A stretch of DNA of 64,000 bases from an uncultured Bacteroidales bacterium (GTDB taxonomy: Bacteria > Bacteroidota > Bacteroidia > Bacteroidales > FEN-979). Each line of letters opens with the position of its first letter. Position 1 is the stretch's first letter. The notes beneath the pieces were generated by a model that worked only from the letters and a program-made list of their open reading frames with translations, had not been told where the DNA came from and ran no database searches. The position numbers and the translations under genes were made by a program. The stretch is from positions 10,671 to 74,670 of the forward strand of contig CAISJJ010000068.1 in NCBI GenBank assembly GCA_903885595.1, given 5' to 3'. Below are positions 35,004-44,411 of this stretch, piece by piece.

Positions 35004-36299
35004 TTAATCCCAATCCAGACTTTCAAGGATGGCAATTAATTCGTGCGGACGGTATGGTTTAGAGATGTACTCGTCCATTCCTGCTGCCAGGCATTTTTCA
35101 CGATCGGTAACCATTACATGGGCGGTTACTGCAACAATCTTGATTCGTTTTGTTTCTTTTTCCAATGCCCTGATCACACGGGTTGCCTCAATCCCATCCA
35201 TAATAGGCATGGCGATATCCATCAGGATCAGATCGTACTGAGAATTTTTAAATTTTTCAACGGCTATTTTCCCATTCTCGGCAAGCTCAACATGATGTCC
35301 CGAACGTTCGAGACTGGTCATTGCAAATTTCTGATTTAATATGTTGTCTTCAACAAGTAGTATAGAAAGCGGCCTCAGTGCTTTTTTTTGAGAAATAACG
35401 CCTAGTCTTTGATTTGTAAGTAGTTCGTCATCTCCTTTGTCGACGACCAATGTGAACCAAAAGGTGGATCCATCTCCTTTTTTACTGCGAACCCCAATTT
35501 TACCATTCATCAAACGTGTGAGGTTTTTTGATATGGAGAGCCCCAAACCTGTCCCTTCAAACTGTTTGATCAGTGGATTTTCCAATTGGGCAAAATCATT
35601 AAACAGGCTTTGCTGTTCTTCGTCAGAGATCCCAATACCGGTATCGGTCACTTCAAATTTTAATAATACTTCACTATCAGGATTCAGTGAGGATGGACCG
35701 GTGATCCAGTCTGGAATAAATTCGACGTTTTGATCGAATCCGCCGTGTTTCAGATCGATGGTTTCAACCGCGACAACAACATGTCCTTCATTGGTGAATT
35801 TGATAGCATTGTTTGTGAGGTTGATGAGGATTTGCTTCACCCTGACGGGATCACCAATAACGCAGGTAGGCACGGTTGACTGGATTTTGGAAAAAAGATC
35901 AATGCCTTTTCCCTTGGCTTTTATTGATAAAAGCCTGATAACCTGGTGGATTTCGTCCTGGAGGAAGAATGGTTTCTGATCCAGTTTCAACTGACCGGCT
36001 TCAATCTTTGATAAATCGAGAATATCATTGATGATTGTAAGCAGGTTGACACTTGAAATGTTGATGATCTCCAGAAATTCCCGCTGCTCGCTGGTTAGCT
36101 CGGTTTGACTTAAAACATTATAAATCCCAATAATACTGTTCATGGGAGTTCTGATCTCATGGCTCATATTGGCCAGGAACATGGTTTTTGACCTGTTGGC
36201 ATTTTCAGCCTCCTGTTTTGCTTTTATAAGGGCACTGCGAACCTTTTCATGTTCCTCTTTTGTGACAAACCCTTCATTATTAGCCTTCAATTCGTCCAT
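35004..36299 (-). CDS. cytoplasmic hybrid sensor histidine kinase (HisKA-HATPase_c-REC) without a recognisable input domain or TM segment
   Basis: 431 aa. The H-box is [14 protein letters not shown], with an N box [10 protein letters not shown] and G boxes DTGIGI and GTGLGLSI. The receiver contains ILLVEDN...[10 protein letters not shown]...KPY. Confidence 0.85.
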   Translation of the reverse strand: MDELKANNEGFVTKEEHEKVRSALIKAKQEAENANRSKTMFLANMSHEIRTPMNSIIGIYNVLSQTELTSEQREFLEIINISSVNLLTIINDILDLSKIEAGQLKLDQKPFFLQDEIHQVIRLLSIKAKGKGIDLFSKIQSTVPTCVIGDPVRVKQILINLTNNAIKFTNEGHVVVAVETIDLKHGGFDQNVEFIPDWITGPSSLNPDSEVLLKFEVTDTGIGISDEEQQSLFNDFAQLENPLIKQFEGTGLGLSISKNLTRLMNGKIGVRSKKGDGSTFWFTLVVDKGDDELLTNQRLGVISQKKALRPLSILLVEDNILNQKFAMTSLERSGHHVELAENGKIAVEKFKNSQYDLILMDIAMPIMDGIEATRVIRALEKETKRIKIVAVTAHVMVTDREKCLAAGMDEYISKPYRPHELIAILESLDWD

Positions 36300-36300
36300 T

Positions 36301-37713
36301 TTATAATTTATTCAATTGATTTTTAATGATTGAGTAAAGTTCCTGCTGATTGATAGGTTTGGAGATATAGTCATCGAATCCCGCTTCTAAAAGCTTTTCT
36401 TTATCCCCGGCCATTGCATAAGCTGTTTGTGCAACGAAAGGAATAGATTTGTACTCCTTCCATTTTTTTCTTATTTCCTGCATTAACCTGATTCCATCCC
36501 AGGGCGGAGGAAGATTAATATCAAAAAGCATGATGTCGAAAATTTTTCCCTCTTTGTATGTCTGCTCCATAATCCTCATTGTTTCATCACCATTGACCGA
36601 TGTGATCACATTGCCGAGTGATTTTGTCATTTCGTACAACACAATTTTATTCATCAGGTCATCTTCGATTATGAAGATCTCTAAACCTTGCAGCGTTTTG
36701 AATTTCTGCTTGCGCGTTGGTTCCTTGGTAATATGGTCGGTTTTGTTTGTTTTTTCAGGAGGGAAAAAGATGGTAACTGTAGTTCCGATCCCTTTGGCCG
36801 ATTCGATTTCGATGTGTCCCCTCATTAATTCAACGAGACTTTTTGCCAGGGGTAACCCCAGGCCTGCACCTTGTGCCTCGTTGGAATATCCAAGGGTTTC
36901 CTGTCTGAACGGATCAAAGATAACCGGCAGGTAGGAGGGGTCAATACCTGAACCTGTGTCTTTTACCCGTATACAGATTTCATCCTTGTCACCGATAAAC
37001 TCTGTCGAAACATTAATAAACCCGTTTTGCGTATATTTTATTGCATTTTCAACAATTGCGCTGATCACTTTTGTCAACCCTTTTTCATCAACACAAGCCT
37101 GGGGCAACTCGTTGGTCTTTAAATTCAATTTCAGTTTTTGCTCATTGGCTTTGAAGATATACAATTGGGTTGCATTGGCAACGATGGTGTTTAAATCGCA
37201 TGGCTTGAGCACAATCTGCATATCATTTGCTTCAAGTTTGCTGATATCGATGATATTGTTCAACAAATGCAGCAACCGGTCACCACTGTCGGAGATAGCT
37301 CTTGCATAATCATACAATTCCTTATTCTCAAGCAGTGATATTTCCGCTTCCAGTAAACTGGAAAAACCAATGATGTTATTTAACGGGGTACGAATCTCAT
37401 GGCTGATATTGGATAAAAATGCATTCTTCATGAAATTTGATTCCTCAGAACGCTTTAATGCACGTTTCAGAGTGAAATCAGTTTTTTCACCCTCTTCGTA
37501 TTCCTCTTTCATCGATTGAATTCTCTCCTGTATTTTTGTTTCAACCGAATCTTTAAGTTCTTCATTAAGGGCATTGGCTTTACCAAGTTCTGCGGTTTTA
37601 TCTGAAACTGATTCAGCAAGTTGTTTGTTCTTTTTTAGCAGCGTGTACACAAAAGCCAGACAAATGAGTAGCGCAAGAAATAAGAGAATGGGGATAAATA
37701 TTGTATTTTGCAT
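36301..37713 (-). CDS. membrane-anchored hybrid sensor histidine kinase (1 TM, coiled coil, HisKA-HATPase_c-REC)
   Basis: 470 aa. The N-terminal TM is [22 protein letters not shown]. The H-box is [14 protein letters not shown], with DTGSGI and GAGLGLPLA. The receiver contains IFIIEDD...[10 protein letters not shown]...SKPI. It is separated from the next kinase gene by 1 nt. Confidence 0.85.
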   Translation of the reverse strand: MQNTIFIPILLFLALLICLAFVYTLLKKNKQLAESVSDKTAELGKANALNEELKDSVETKIQERIQSMKEEYEEGEKTDFTLKRALKRSEESNFMKNAFLSNISHEIRTPLNNIIGFSSLLEAEISLLENKELYDYARAISDSGDRLLHLLNNIIDISKLEANDMQIVLKPCDLNTIVANATQLYIFKANEQKLKLNLKTNELPQACVDEKGLTKVISAIVENAIKYTQNGFINVSTEFIGDKDEICIRVKDTGSGIDPSYLPVIFDPFRQETLGYSNEAQGAGLGLPLAKSLVELMRGHIEIESAKGIGTTVTIFFPPEKTNKTDHITKEPTRKQKFKTLQGLEIFIIEDDLMNKIVLYEMTKSLGNVITSVNGDETMRIMEQTYKEGKIFDIMLFDINLPPPWDGIRLMQEIRKKWKEYKSIPFVAQTAYAMAGDKEKLLEAGFDDYISKPINQQELYSIIKNQLNKL

Positions 37714-37721
37714 CTGATCAG

Positions 37722-38528
37722 TTATTTGTAGGCAACATATAAATCTTCTTCGGGATTTATTGCATATTGATTAATATTTTCAATCCATTTTTCTTTGGTA
37801 GGATTGTATGTTTTTACCACAAAGCCTCCCTTTTCAAGCCTGTTCTTATAATCCTGACCATAAATCCGCACATGATCAAACTGGCCAAAAACACGTTCAC
37901 GTGTTTCCGGATCAATTGCCAAAGGATCTTCGAAGGTTTTTTCCAATAATTTGGAAATTGGTACCTGCAGGATAGCCCAACCTCCGGGCTTCAGTACCCG
38001 GTAAAGTTCTTTGATCGCCAATTCATCGTCTGGTATGTGTTCAAGAACGTGATTACATATGATGACATCAAATGCTTCGTCATCATAAGGAATGCTGGTG
38101 ATATCCAACAGGTTGGTTTGCCGTGCATAATAATACCCTTCAAGATATTTAACACCTGGGATATAAGTTATATTGGTCATTGAATCAAGTATAACGCGCA
38201 GACAACCTTCAGGAGCTACGTGAAACACAGTGACCGGTGATGAGAAAATGGTCGATTTTTCATGCAGGAAAAGATAAACAAGCCGGTCCCTGTCTAAGGA
38301 GTAGCAACGGGGGCAAACATTGTTCTGCCGGTATCCGGCTCCAACAATCTGTTTTTCAAATAGTACAGGAAGATCCGATCCGCCAGGTAAAAATTTGCGA
38401 AATGATTTCTTGCAGTATGGACAGTAGTAGGAATCACCGGTATAAAATAATCCGTTTACCTTCTGGTAGCCTCCTCTGAGTTTCCTGCCAAGCCAGTAGG
38501 GAACCAATTTTTTTAATGCACTTTTCAT
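37722..38528 (-). CDS. SAM-dependent methyltransferase with an N-terminal Cys4 zinc-ribbon
   Basis: 268 aa. The zinc-ribbon cysteines are CPYC...(29 aa)...CPRC. The Methyltransf_11-like core is FDVIICNHVLEHIPDD...LKPGG. Confidence 0.7.
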   Translation of the reverse strand: MKSALKKLVPYWLGRKLRGGYQKVNGLFYTGDSYYCPYCKKSFRKFLPGGSDLPVLFEKQIVGAGYRQNNVCPRCYSLDRDRLVYLFLHEKSTIFSSPVTVFHVAPEGCLRVILDSMTNITYIPGVKYLEGYYYARQTNLLDITSIPYDDEAFDVIICNHVLEHIPDDELAIKELYRVLKPGGWAILQVPISKLLEKTFEDPLAIDPETRERVFGQFDHVRIYGQDYKNRLEKGGFVVKTYNPTKEKWIENINQYAINPEEDLYVAYK

Positions 38529-38539
38529 AGCCGAAATTT

Positions 38540-40261
38540 TTAGTTATTCAATATTATTAATTTCCTTGTAACTGCTGAGTAATCAGTTTGAAAAATCAAG
38601 GAATAAACCCCCGGTTTCAACGATTCCCTGTAAATGATGAATTGGTATTTACCTGGTGGTTGAAGCGCTGATCTCCTAAGCATAACCATACGTCCCTGGT
38701 CATCAAGCAGCCGTATGGTAATATCGGTTGAATGTATAAGCTGGTATGCGACATCGCATTGATCTGTGAATGGATTTGGAGAAATGACAAGTTTCAGATC
38801 GGTTAGGTTTCCATGTTCTGGCGTGTCAAGGAGCGAAGAATCGCTACACTCATAGGCTCCTATGTCGTATGAAACGGCAAATGGGCGTGGCCGGTTTATG
38901 TGGTCATAGGAAAGATCGAATCCTGCCACAGGTAAAGCATTATTAACGGCAGGGGAAGTAGATTTCAGGTCAAAAATTTTCAGACCCGGATCCAAAAAAC
39001 CGGGGTAATTGATATCACGGGTGGTGAGGTTTTTAAAAAGAGTCACATCAATTGTAGCCGGACTAAGGTTAATATAAGCTTGTTCCTGGAGTGTTTGATA
39101 GGATCCCGGATCAACGATTATATTATTTGCTATAACATTGCCTGTACTCTGATTATCCGTAAACCGAACACCATAGCTTTTCGGGGAGATGATTGTATTG
39201 AAAACGATCATACAGGAATTGCCAGGAGATGTATATTCAGGGCCGACATAGATCCCGTGTTTTAACCAGGGAGTATAATTCTGGGTTGGTTTATAGGCTT
39301 TTCCCGGGTTTATGATAAGGTTGTTATATATATATTGTTTTCCGAAGGAGATTACGTCGATCCCATCGCCCAGCCCGTCTGTGATTCTGTTGTTGAAAAC
39401 ACTGGCATTCGTGCCCCCGCCAATAAGTATCCCCGACATCTGATACGTGATTGCGAGTTTGCTGTCATTAAGAATCACATTGTCGTGTATGGTGCATGCT
39501 GAATCGGTGGAGCTGACCTGGATACCATCCCATCCTGCTTCCTGGACCAGGTTTCGGTAAACTTTCACCCCTTTCAGCAAATGAGGCAACACAGTAGTAT
39601 CCCTTCCTCCACAGGTAATTACCTGGCCGGCATACTTGGAACTTCCGATATACATACCTTCCATCCCGGTATGGTGGATGTAATTATCATGGATGCTGAG
39701 ATTCCGCAGTGTGTACTTATCCCTGGTTGAGGTGAAAGAACAATTTGGATCAGTTTTGGCAAAAATACCTGCAAGTCCGACATTGCCAATTTCCAGACCC
39801 TCAATCTCAATATCCGTACTCAACCCATCAACAGACAAACCGGCGCCAATAAACTGGTCAATTTTAATTCCATGCTGCAGCGCTGATATTCCAGTGCCTG
39901 ATAATTTTATATAGGAGCAGGAGTCGAATTTAACCCCGTAATTTGATCCGCCGGTAATGGTTACAAGGCCATCAGCGTTTTGGATGATTATAGGGTCAGT
40001 TTTCGTACCATGCATGTATGAAAGAAGTAAAAATGTTTTGATCCCCTTCTTTAAGCAAATGGTATCACCTCCCCTGACCATCGCAGCGTTACTATGGCCG
40101 TTGATCAGGGTTACCGAAGAGTCGACCAGGAGTTTACAGTGCTTGTACTGAGCCTGCCCGATAAATGTAAATGTCAGCATACAAAATGTAAGCAGAAAAA
40201 ACCACGATTTCCTGTAAGCTGCTAAACCTGACATCGTTGAATTATTATCCACGTTTTGCAC
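38540..40261 (-). CDS. right-handed parallel beta-helix repeat protein with a T9SS type-A C-terminal sorting domain (candidate secreted glycan-modifying or degrading enzyme)
   Basis: 573 aa with a signal peptide. Repeated G..I....N..I.NN/HDN turns are typical of PbH1 repeats. The C-terminus LVISPNPFTDQCDV...GVYSLIF is a type-A CTD. Confidence 0.65.
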   Translation of the reverse strand: MQNVDNNSTMSGLAAYRKSWFFLLTFCMLTFTFIGQAQYKHCKLLVDSSVTLINGHSNAAMVRGGDTICLKKGIKTFLLLSYMHGTKTDPIIIQNADGLVTITGGSNYGVKFDSCSYIKLSGTGISALQHGIKIDQFIGAGLSVDGLSTDIEIEGLEIGNVGLAGIFAKTDPNCSFTSTRDKYTLRNLSIHDNYIHHTGMEGMYIGSSKYAGQVITCGGRDTTVLPHLLKGVKVYRNLVQEAGWDGIQVSSTDSACTIHDNVILNDSKLAITYQMSGILIGGGTNASVFNNRITDGLGDGIDVISFGKQYIYNNLIINPGKAYKPTQNYTPWLKHGIYVGPEYTSPGNSCMIVFNTIISPKSYGVRFTDNQSTGNVIANNIIVDPGSYQTLQEQAYINLSPATIDVTLFKNLTTRDINYPGFLDPGLKIFDLKSTSPAVNNALPVAGFDLSYDHINRPRPFAVSYDIGAYECSDSSLLDTPEHGNLTDLKLVISPNPFTDQCDVAYQLIHSTDITIRLLDDQGRMVMLRRSALQPPGKYQFIIYRESLKPGVYSLIFQTDYSAVTRKLIILNN

Positions 40262-41444
40262 GTTCCCAATTAACCGATTGTTGTTTTTTTAAATATCTGA
40301 AAAAGCCCAGATACACAGCCAGATTCATGATAAAAAAATAGTACGGAACAAACAAAATCTTGATTTTTATCTTTTGTCCTTCCAGGTACCAGCCCAGCAA
40401 TGCCATTAAATAAAAGATAAATTGTCCGGCAAGCAGCCACATATAAATGCTTGAGAAATCGAAGCGCTCACCAATAAAAACAATCGCCAGGTTACAGCAC
40501 ATAATTATCAGTAAGCCAAGTGGCGCAAGGGTCCACCGCAAAACCCTGTGAGAAATATACTGAAATGAAAGAATTCCATATTTGAATGGGTTTAATAATT
40601 CCTTTAGTCGTACAATGGATTGAATTCCACCTGCTGATATCCTGATTTTTCGCTTTAGTTCTTCCCTCACATTGGCAGAAGGGTTTTCAATGGCAAATGC
40701 ATCCGGATCATATTGAATGGTATACCCTTGCATGGCAATTCTCAGGGAAATGATAAAATCATCGAGCAGGGTGTCTTTTTCAATCGGACGAAACAGGGAG
40801 GTTCTGAGTGCAAACAATTCCCCGGCAGCGCCAACAACTGAATGAAGACGGGCATCCCATTGTTTGAGTTTTGATTCATATTTCCAGTATATACCCTCTG
40901 TGGCCGCAGCAGTGTCTTTTGAAAACAGCCTTTTTTCTCCAGAAACACAACCGACATTTGGATTTTTAAAAAGGTTAACGATTCGGCGAATGGACTCTTT
41001 TCCAAGCATGGTATTTCCATCGGAAAAGATAACGATCGGGGTTTTTACGAATTGCATTCCGCGGTTCATTGCTGCAATCTTACCGGCACGTTCCGGCTGA
41101 TGATAAACCTCAACTCCTTCGTACTTTTGCAGTAATTCAGGGGTCCCGTCATCTGATCCGTCTGTAACCCAAACATGCCTTACTTTTTCCCTCGGATAAT
41201 CCAATGAAAAGGAGTTTTGAAGCTTCATGTCGATAAAATCCTTTTCATTAAATGCAGCAACAAACAATGTAACTTCTGGTTCATAAACTTCACCACCTTT
41301 ATCACCTTCCCTTTTTGCAAACATTTCTTTGATCCTGACGAGCAAAAAAAGCAAAATGCCATACCCGATATAGGCATAAAAAATCAGGAACAGAAAAATC
41401 CAAAAAATAATTTTCAATGTGATCATTGTTTCATCCTTTCCCAT
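40245..41444 (-). CDS. multi-TM family-2 glycosyltransferase of the PgaC/IcaA/NodC/cellulose-synthase-like type
   Basis: 399 aa. It has an N-terminal TM, a GT-A core (FVAAFNE, TDGSDDGT, FSDGNT, LLDDFIISLR) and three or more C-terminal TM helices. RKIRISAGG replaces the usual QxxRW. An alternative start at 41426 would give an ATGA overlap with the upstream gene. Confidence 0.8.
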   Translation of the reverse strand: MGKDETMITLKIIFWIFLFLIFYAYIGYGILLFLLVRIKEMFAKREGDKGGEVYEPEVTLFVAAFNEKDFIDMKLQNSFSLDYPREKVRHVWVTDGSDDGTPELLQKYEGVEVYHQPERAGKIAAMNRGMQFVKTPIVIFSDGNTMLGKESIRRIVNLFKNPNVGCVSGEKRLFSKDTAAATEGIYWKYESKLKQWDARLHSVVGAAGELFALRTSLFRPIEKDTLLDDFIISLRIAMQGYTIQYDPDAFAIENPSANVREELKRKIRISAGGIQSIVRLKELLNPFKYGILSFQYISHRVLRWTLAPLGLLIIMCCNLAIVFIGERFDFSSIYMWLLAGQFIFYLMALLGWYLEGQKIKIKILFVPYYFFIMNLAVYLGFFRYLKKQQSVNWERAKRG

Positions 41445-43252
41445 GTTTTTGTTTCACTACTATATTGTTTGAGCAACTTGGCCGGATTGCCTCCCACAAT
41501 GGAATAGGGGGGGACGTTTTTTGTGACAATGCTTCCGGCAGCTATCACCGCATGTTTGCCTATCGTTACACCGGCAACAACAACGGCATTGGCGCCGATC
41601 CACACCTGGTCTTCAACCACGATGTTGGAAAATGTACTTTTCTGTTTACTGGGGGGAGTGTTAATATCTTCATAACCATGATTTAATCCAGATAGCACAA
41701 TGTTTTGGGCAAACATAATATCGTTCCCTATGGTTACTGGTCCAATGATCACATTGCTCATTCCAATCCGGGTACGGTCGCCGATAATCACCGACCCAAC
41801 TCCGTTATTTATAGTCGAAAAGTCTTCAATGGTTGAATCATTTCCCAGTTTGAAATCATTCCAGGGGAACACATCAATTCGTGTCCGCCGACGGATTGTC
41901 GACCGCTTTCCCCGCTTATGTATGAACGGGTTGATGAAAAGTTTCACCCATGTCCTGGGGCGCGCCTGGTTATTGGGAATAAGCGACCATAGCATAAATT
42001 TCTTGATCCTGGGGTTCGATTTGAACCTGGACAGCCATGATGTTGACTTTTGAATTTTGGGTGGAGGTTGATCATTTTTAACGAGTGCTATCGCTTTATA
42101 AATCTCGTTTACATTGGCTTCCCAGGTATGACTGCGGGCAAATTCTTCACGGGCTTTGGCTAAATCAGGGGTGTTCTCTTTCAGTGCACGTTCGACCAGG
42201 GATAAATACTCTTCTTTTGAGCTGGCGAGGTAGGTGAAGGTTTCGAACACCTTCATTGCTTCTGTCCTCGTTGCGACTACTGGTTTTCCCATCGAAAGGT
42301 ATTCATCAATTTTTCGGGGATAATTTCCGATCGTTACTTCATTAAGTATTTGCGGATTGATCGCAACATCGAAGGTTGCCAGGTACATAGGCAACTCGGC
42401 AGGATTTTTACTGCCAAGAAAATGGACATTATTCAACCGGTGAAGTTCACTTGCTTTAAATGCCTCATCTTCAGGTCCAACGAGAACGATTGACCAATCA
42501 GGACGTTGTTTTGCAAGGTGGGTTATTATTTCCATGTCGAGCCGCAGGGTGAACAAGGCGCCAATATAGCCAATAATTGGATGATTTATCTTCTGAATAT
42601 CATCAGGGACAGTCTTGATCAGTTGCAAATCAAATGCACTTACATCACAACCCTGGCCAACATAATAGGCGTGGGGGTTGAATTTTTTCAGATAACCGGC
42701 CAGGTAGACTGAGTTTGCAACTGCAAGATCCGATTTCCGAATGAGGGCTGCTTCAATGCGGATTCCCTGTGTTTTCCACCAATCGACGGCAATCATGTTA
42801 TCGCGCGAATAATAGATATACAATGATGGCTTCAAATATTCTTTCAGGTAAAAACTTCTGAACATATCACTATCATTGAATAGCACAAAGTCTTTGAAGC
42901 CGAGTTTGTTTACCGCCCATGAAATCTGTTTTGCAAACCGTTTATTGTTTATTTTATTCAGGAAATCAAAAATGGCATCATATGGAACCTGGCTGATTGA
43001 TTCCAACATGGTACGGGGATAAAAACTCCATAAATTATCCTGGATTTTAATAAGGTTTTCAAGTTCACCCCTGAGCATTTTTTTCCGTTTTCCGATCTTC
43101 GGGTTATGGCGCTCCCGGTAAGCCGTCAGCCTGTCGAGTGGGTAGTTTACATAAAGTACCCGATGCTGTTTCGCAAATTCAATCGCAAGATTGATGCAAT
43201 TACTTCCAATATCGCTATCAAAAGCCTGTAAACCGGTTATAACAATATCCAT
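41423..43252 (-). CDS. bifunctional fusion: GT-B glycosyltransferase (TuaH-like, aa 1 to about 395) plus hexapeptide-repeat acyltransferase (aa about 410-609)
   Basis: 609 aa. The N-terminal part aligns end to end with the 28954..30171 product (MDIVITGLQ...SHTWEANV). The C-terminal part aligns with the 33363..33974 product (NQARPR...FINPFIH..GK...IGD...VWIGANAVV..GV.IGKH.V..AGS.VTK.VPPYS...GNPA.LL.QY). Confidence 0.8.
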   Translation of the reverse strand: MDIVITGLQAFDSDIGSNCINLAIEFAKQHRVLYVNYPLDRLTAYRERHNPKIGKRKKMLRGELENLIKIQDNLWSFYPRTMLESISQVPYDAIFDFLNKINNKRFAKQISWAVNKLGFKDFVLFNDSDMFRSFYLKEYLKPSLYIYYSRDNMIAVDWWKTQGIRIEAALIRKSDLAVANSVYLAGYLKKFNPHAYYVGQGCDVSAFDLQLIKTVPDDIQKINHPIIGYIGALFTLRLDMEIITHLAKQRPDWSIVLVGPEDEAFKASELHRLNNVHFLGSKNPAELPMYLATFDVAINPQILNEVTIGNYPRKIDEYLSMGKPVVATRTEAMKVFETFTYLASSKEEYLSLVERALKENTPDLAKAREEFARSHTWEANVNEIYKAIALVKNDQPPPKIQKSTSWLSRFKSNPRIKKFMLWSLIPNNQARPRTWVKLFINPFIHKRGKRSTIRRRTRIDVFPWNDFKLGNDSTIEDFSTINNGVGSVIIGDRTRIGMSNVIIGPVTIGNDIMFAQNIVLSGLNHGYEDINTPPSKQKSTFSNIVVEDQVWIGANAVVVAGVTIGKHAVIAAGSIVTKNVPPYSIVGGNPAKLLKQYSSETKTWERMKQ

Positions 43253-43274
43253 ATGTCTTCCTTTTCGGTTTATC

Positions 43275-44411
43275 TCATTTTACTGCAAGTTCCATGTAAA
43301 GGTTGAGTACTTGTTCGGCCATCGCTTTCCATGAAAACTTTCGTGCATTATCAAATCCCTTAAGGATAAGGGATTCGCATAGCGATGGGTCAGATAATAG
43401 TTTCTTCATGGCCCCGGTAATCTCTTCGGGGTTAAAAGGATTGATGAATAATGCGGCATTTCCACCAACTTCGGGCATTGAACTGGTATTGGAGGTTATG
43501 ACTGGTATACCGCAAGCCATGGCCTCCAGCATAGGAATTCCAAAACTTTCGCGAAGGGAAGGATAAAGAAAAATCGTGCTGAGTGCATATAAAGCAGGCA
43601 ACTCAGTATTGGGCACATATCCGGTAAGATGAATGTACTCATGAAGTGTGGGATCACCTATATCATTGATGATCCTGGTTAACTCAGTCCTGTCAAAATC
43701 AAGCATGACCAGGGGAATTTTTTCTTCTGATGAATTGAGAAAAAGTGAAAGCGCTTTCAGAACGCCCGGTGTGTTCTTTTTCGGATCGGTATTCCCGAAG
43801 AAAAAGAAGAATTTGTCAGGTAGCCTATATTTGGCCTTGATCAGGTTTAAATAGTCCTTATCTGAGACCGGCTTGAAATGGTCACTGACACCATTATAGA
43901 TAGCTTTGAGTTTATGGTCGTTCACATGAAAAAATTCACCGATCCGTTTTTTTTCAAATTCAGATACGGTGATGATCCTGGCACTGCTGCGCACAACTTG
44001 CGGTACAACGAAACGCCGGTAAAGGTTCCCGAATTTCTGATAGGAAGTGAATCCCTTTTTCAGAATACTCAGACTTTCCATGTAAATGATATCATGCAAG
44101 GTGATGATAAGTGGCACTGATGTAACGACAGGCGCGGTATTGCTCGTACAATGCAGGATATCGCAGTGAGCTTTTTTCGCTGCAGCAGGCAGGTTGACCT
44201 GCTCCCAAATTGGATAGGGGGCCGGGGCTACCTCAACGATTTTAAAATTTGCCCTTTCGTCAAGGCAGTGGTCGACATCATTTTTTACAAAAATGAAATA
44301 CTCATTTTTGCTGTCTATATCCTGGAGATTCCTGATCAACTCCAGGGCTACCATATCCATTCCGTGCTTTTTCTGCCGGAACAGGCGCTGCCCTTCAATC
44401 CCAATCTTCAT
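43275..44411 (-). CDS. family-4 (GT-B, RfaG-like) glycosyltransferase
   Basis: 378 aa. The C-terminal segment YPSLRESFGIPMLEAMACGIPVITSNTSSMPEV is the EX7E region. Confidence 0.85.
   Translation of the reverse strand: MKIGIEGQRLFRQKKHGMDMVALELIRNLQDIDSKNEYFIFVKNDVDHCLDERANFKIVEVAPAPYPIWEQVNLPAAAKKAHCDILHCTSNTAPVVTSVPLIITLHDIIYMESLSILKKGFTSYQKFGNLYRRFVVPQVVRSSARIITVSEFEKKRIGEFFHVNDHKLKAIYNGVSDHFKPVSDKDYLNLIKAKYRLPDKFFFFFGNTDPKKNTPGVLKALSLFLNSSEEKIPLVMLDFDRTELTRIINDIGDPTLHEYIHLTGYVPNTELPALYALSTIFLYPSLRESFGIPMLEAMACGIPVITSNTSSMPEVGGNAALFINPFNPEEITGAMKKLLSDPSLCESLILKGFDNARKFSWKAMAEQVLNLYMELAVK

Noticed and set aside
41517-41523. C7/G7 tract in the acyltransferase domain of the GT-acyltransferase fusion as a phase-variation site
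   Set aside because: It is shorter than typical contingency tracts and simply encodes the conserved Pro-Pro of the PPYS motif. It is noted but not considered significant on its own.
28954-43252. Whether the inverted GT paralogues mark the ends of a mobile element or an invertible segment
   Set aside because: There is no transposase, integrase or invertase gene, and no nucleotide-level terminal inverted repeats are evident. The paralogues have diverged to about two-thirds amino-acid identity, so site-specific or homologous inversion is unlikely.
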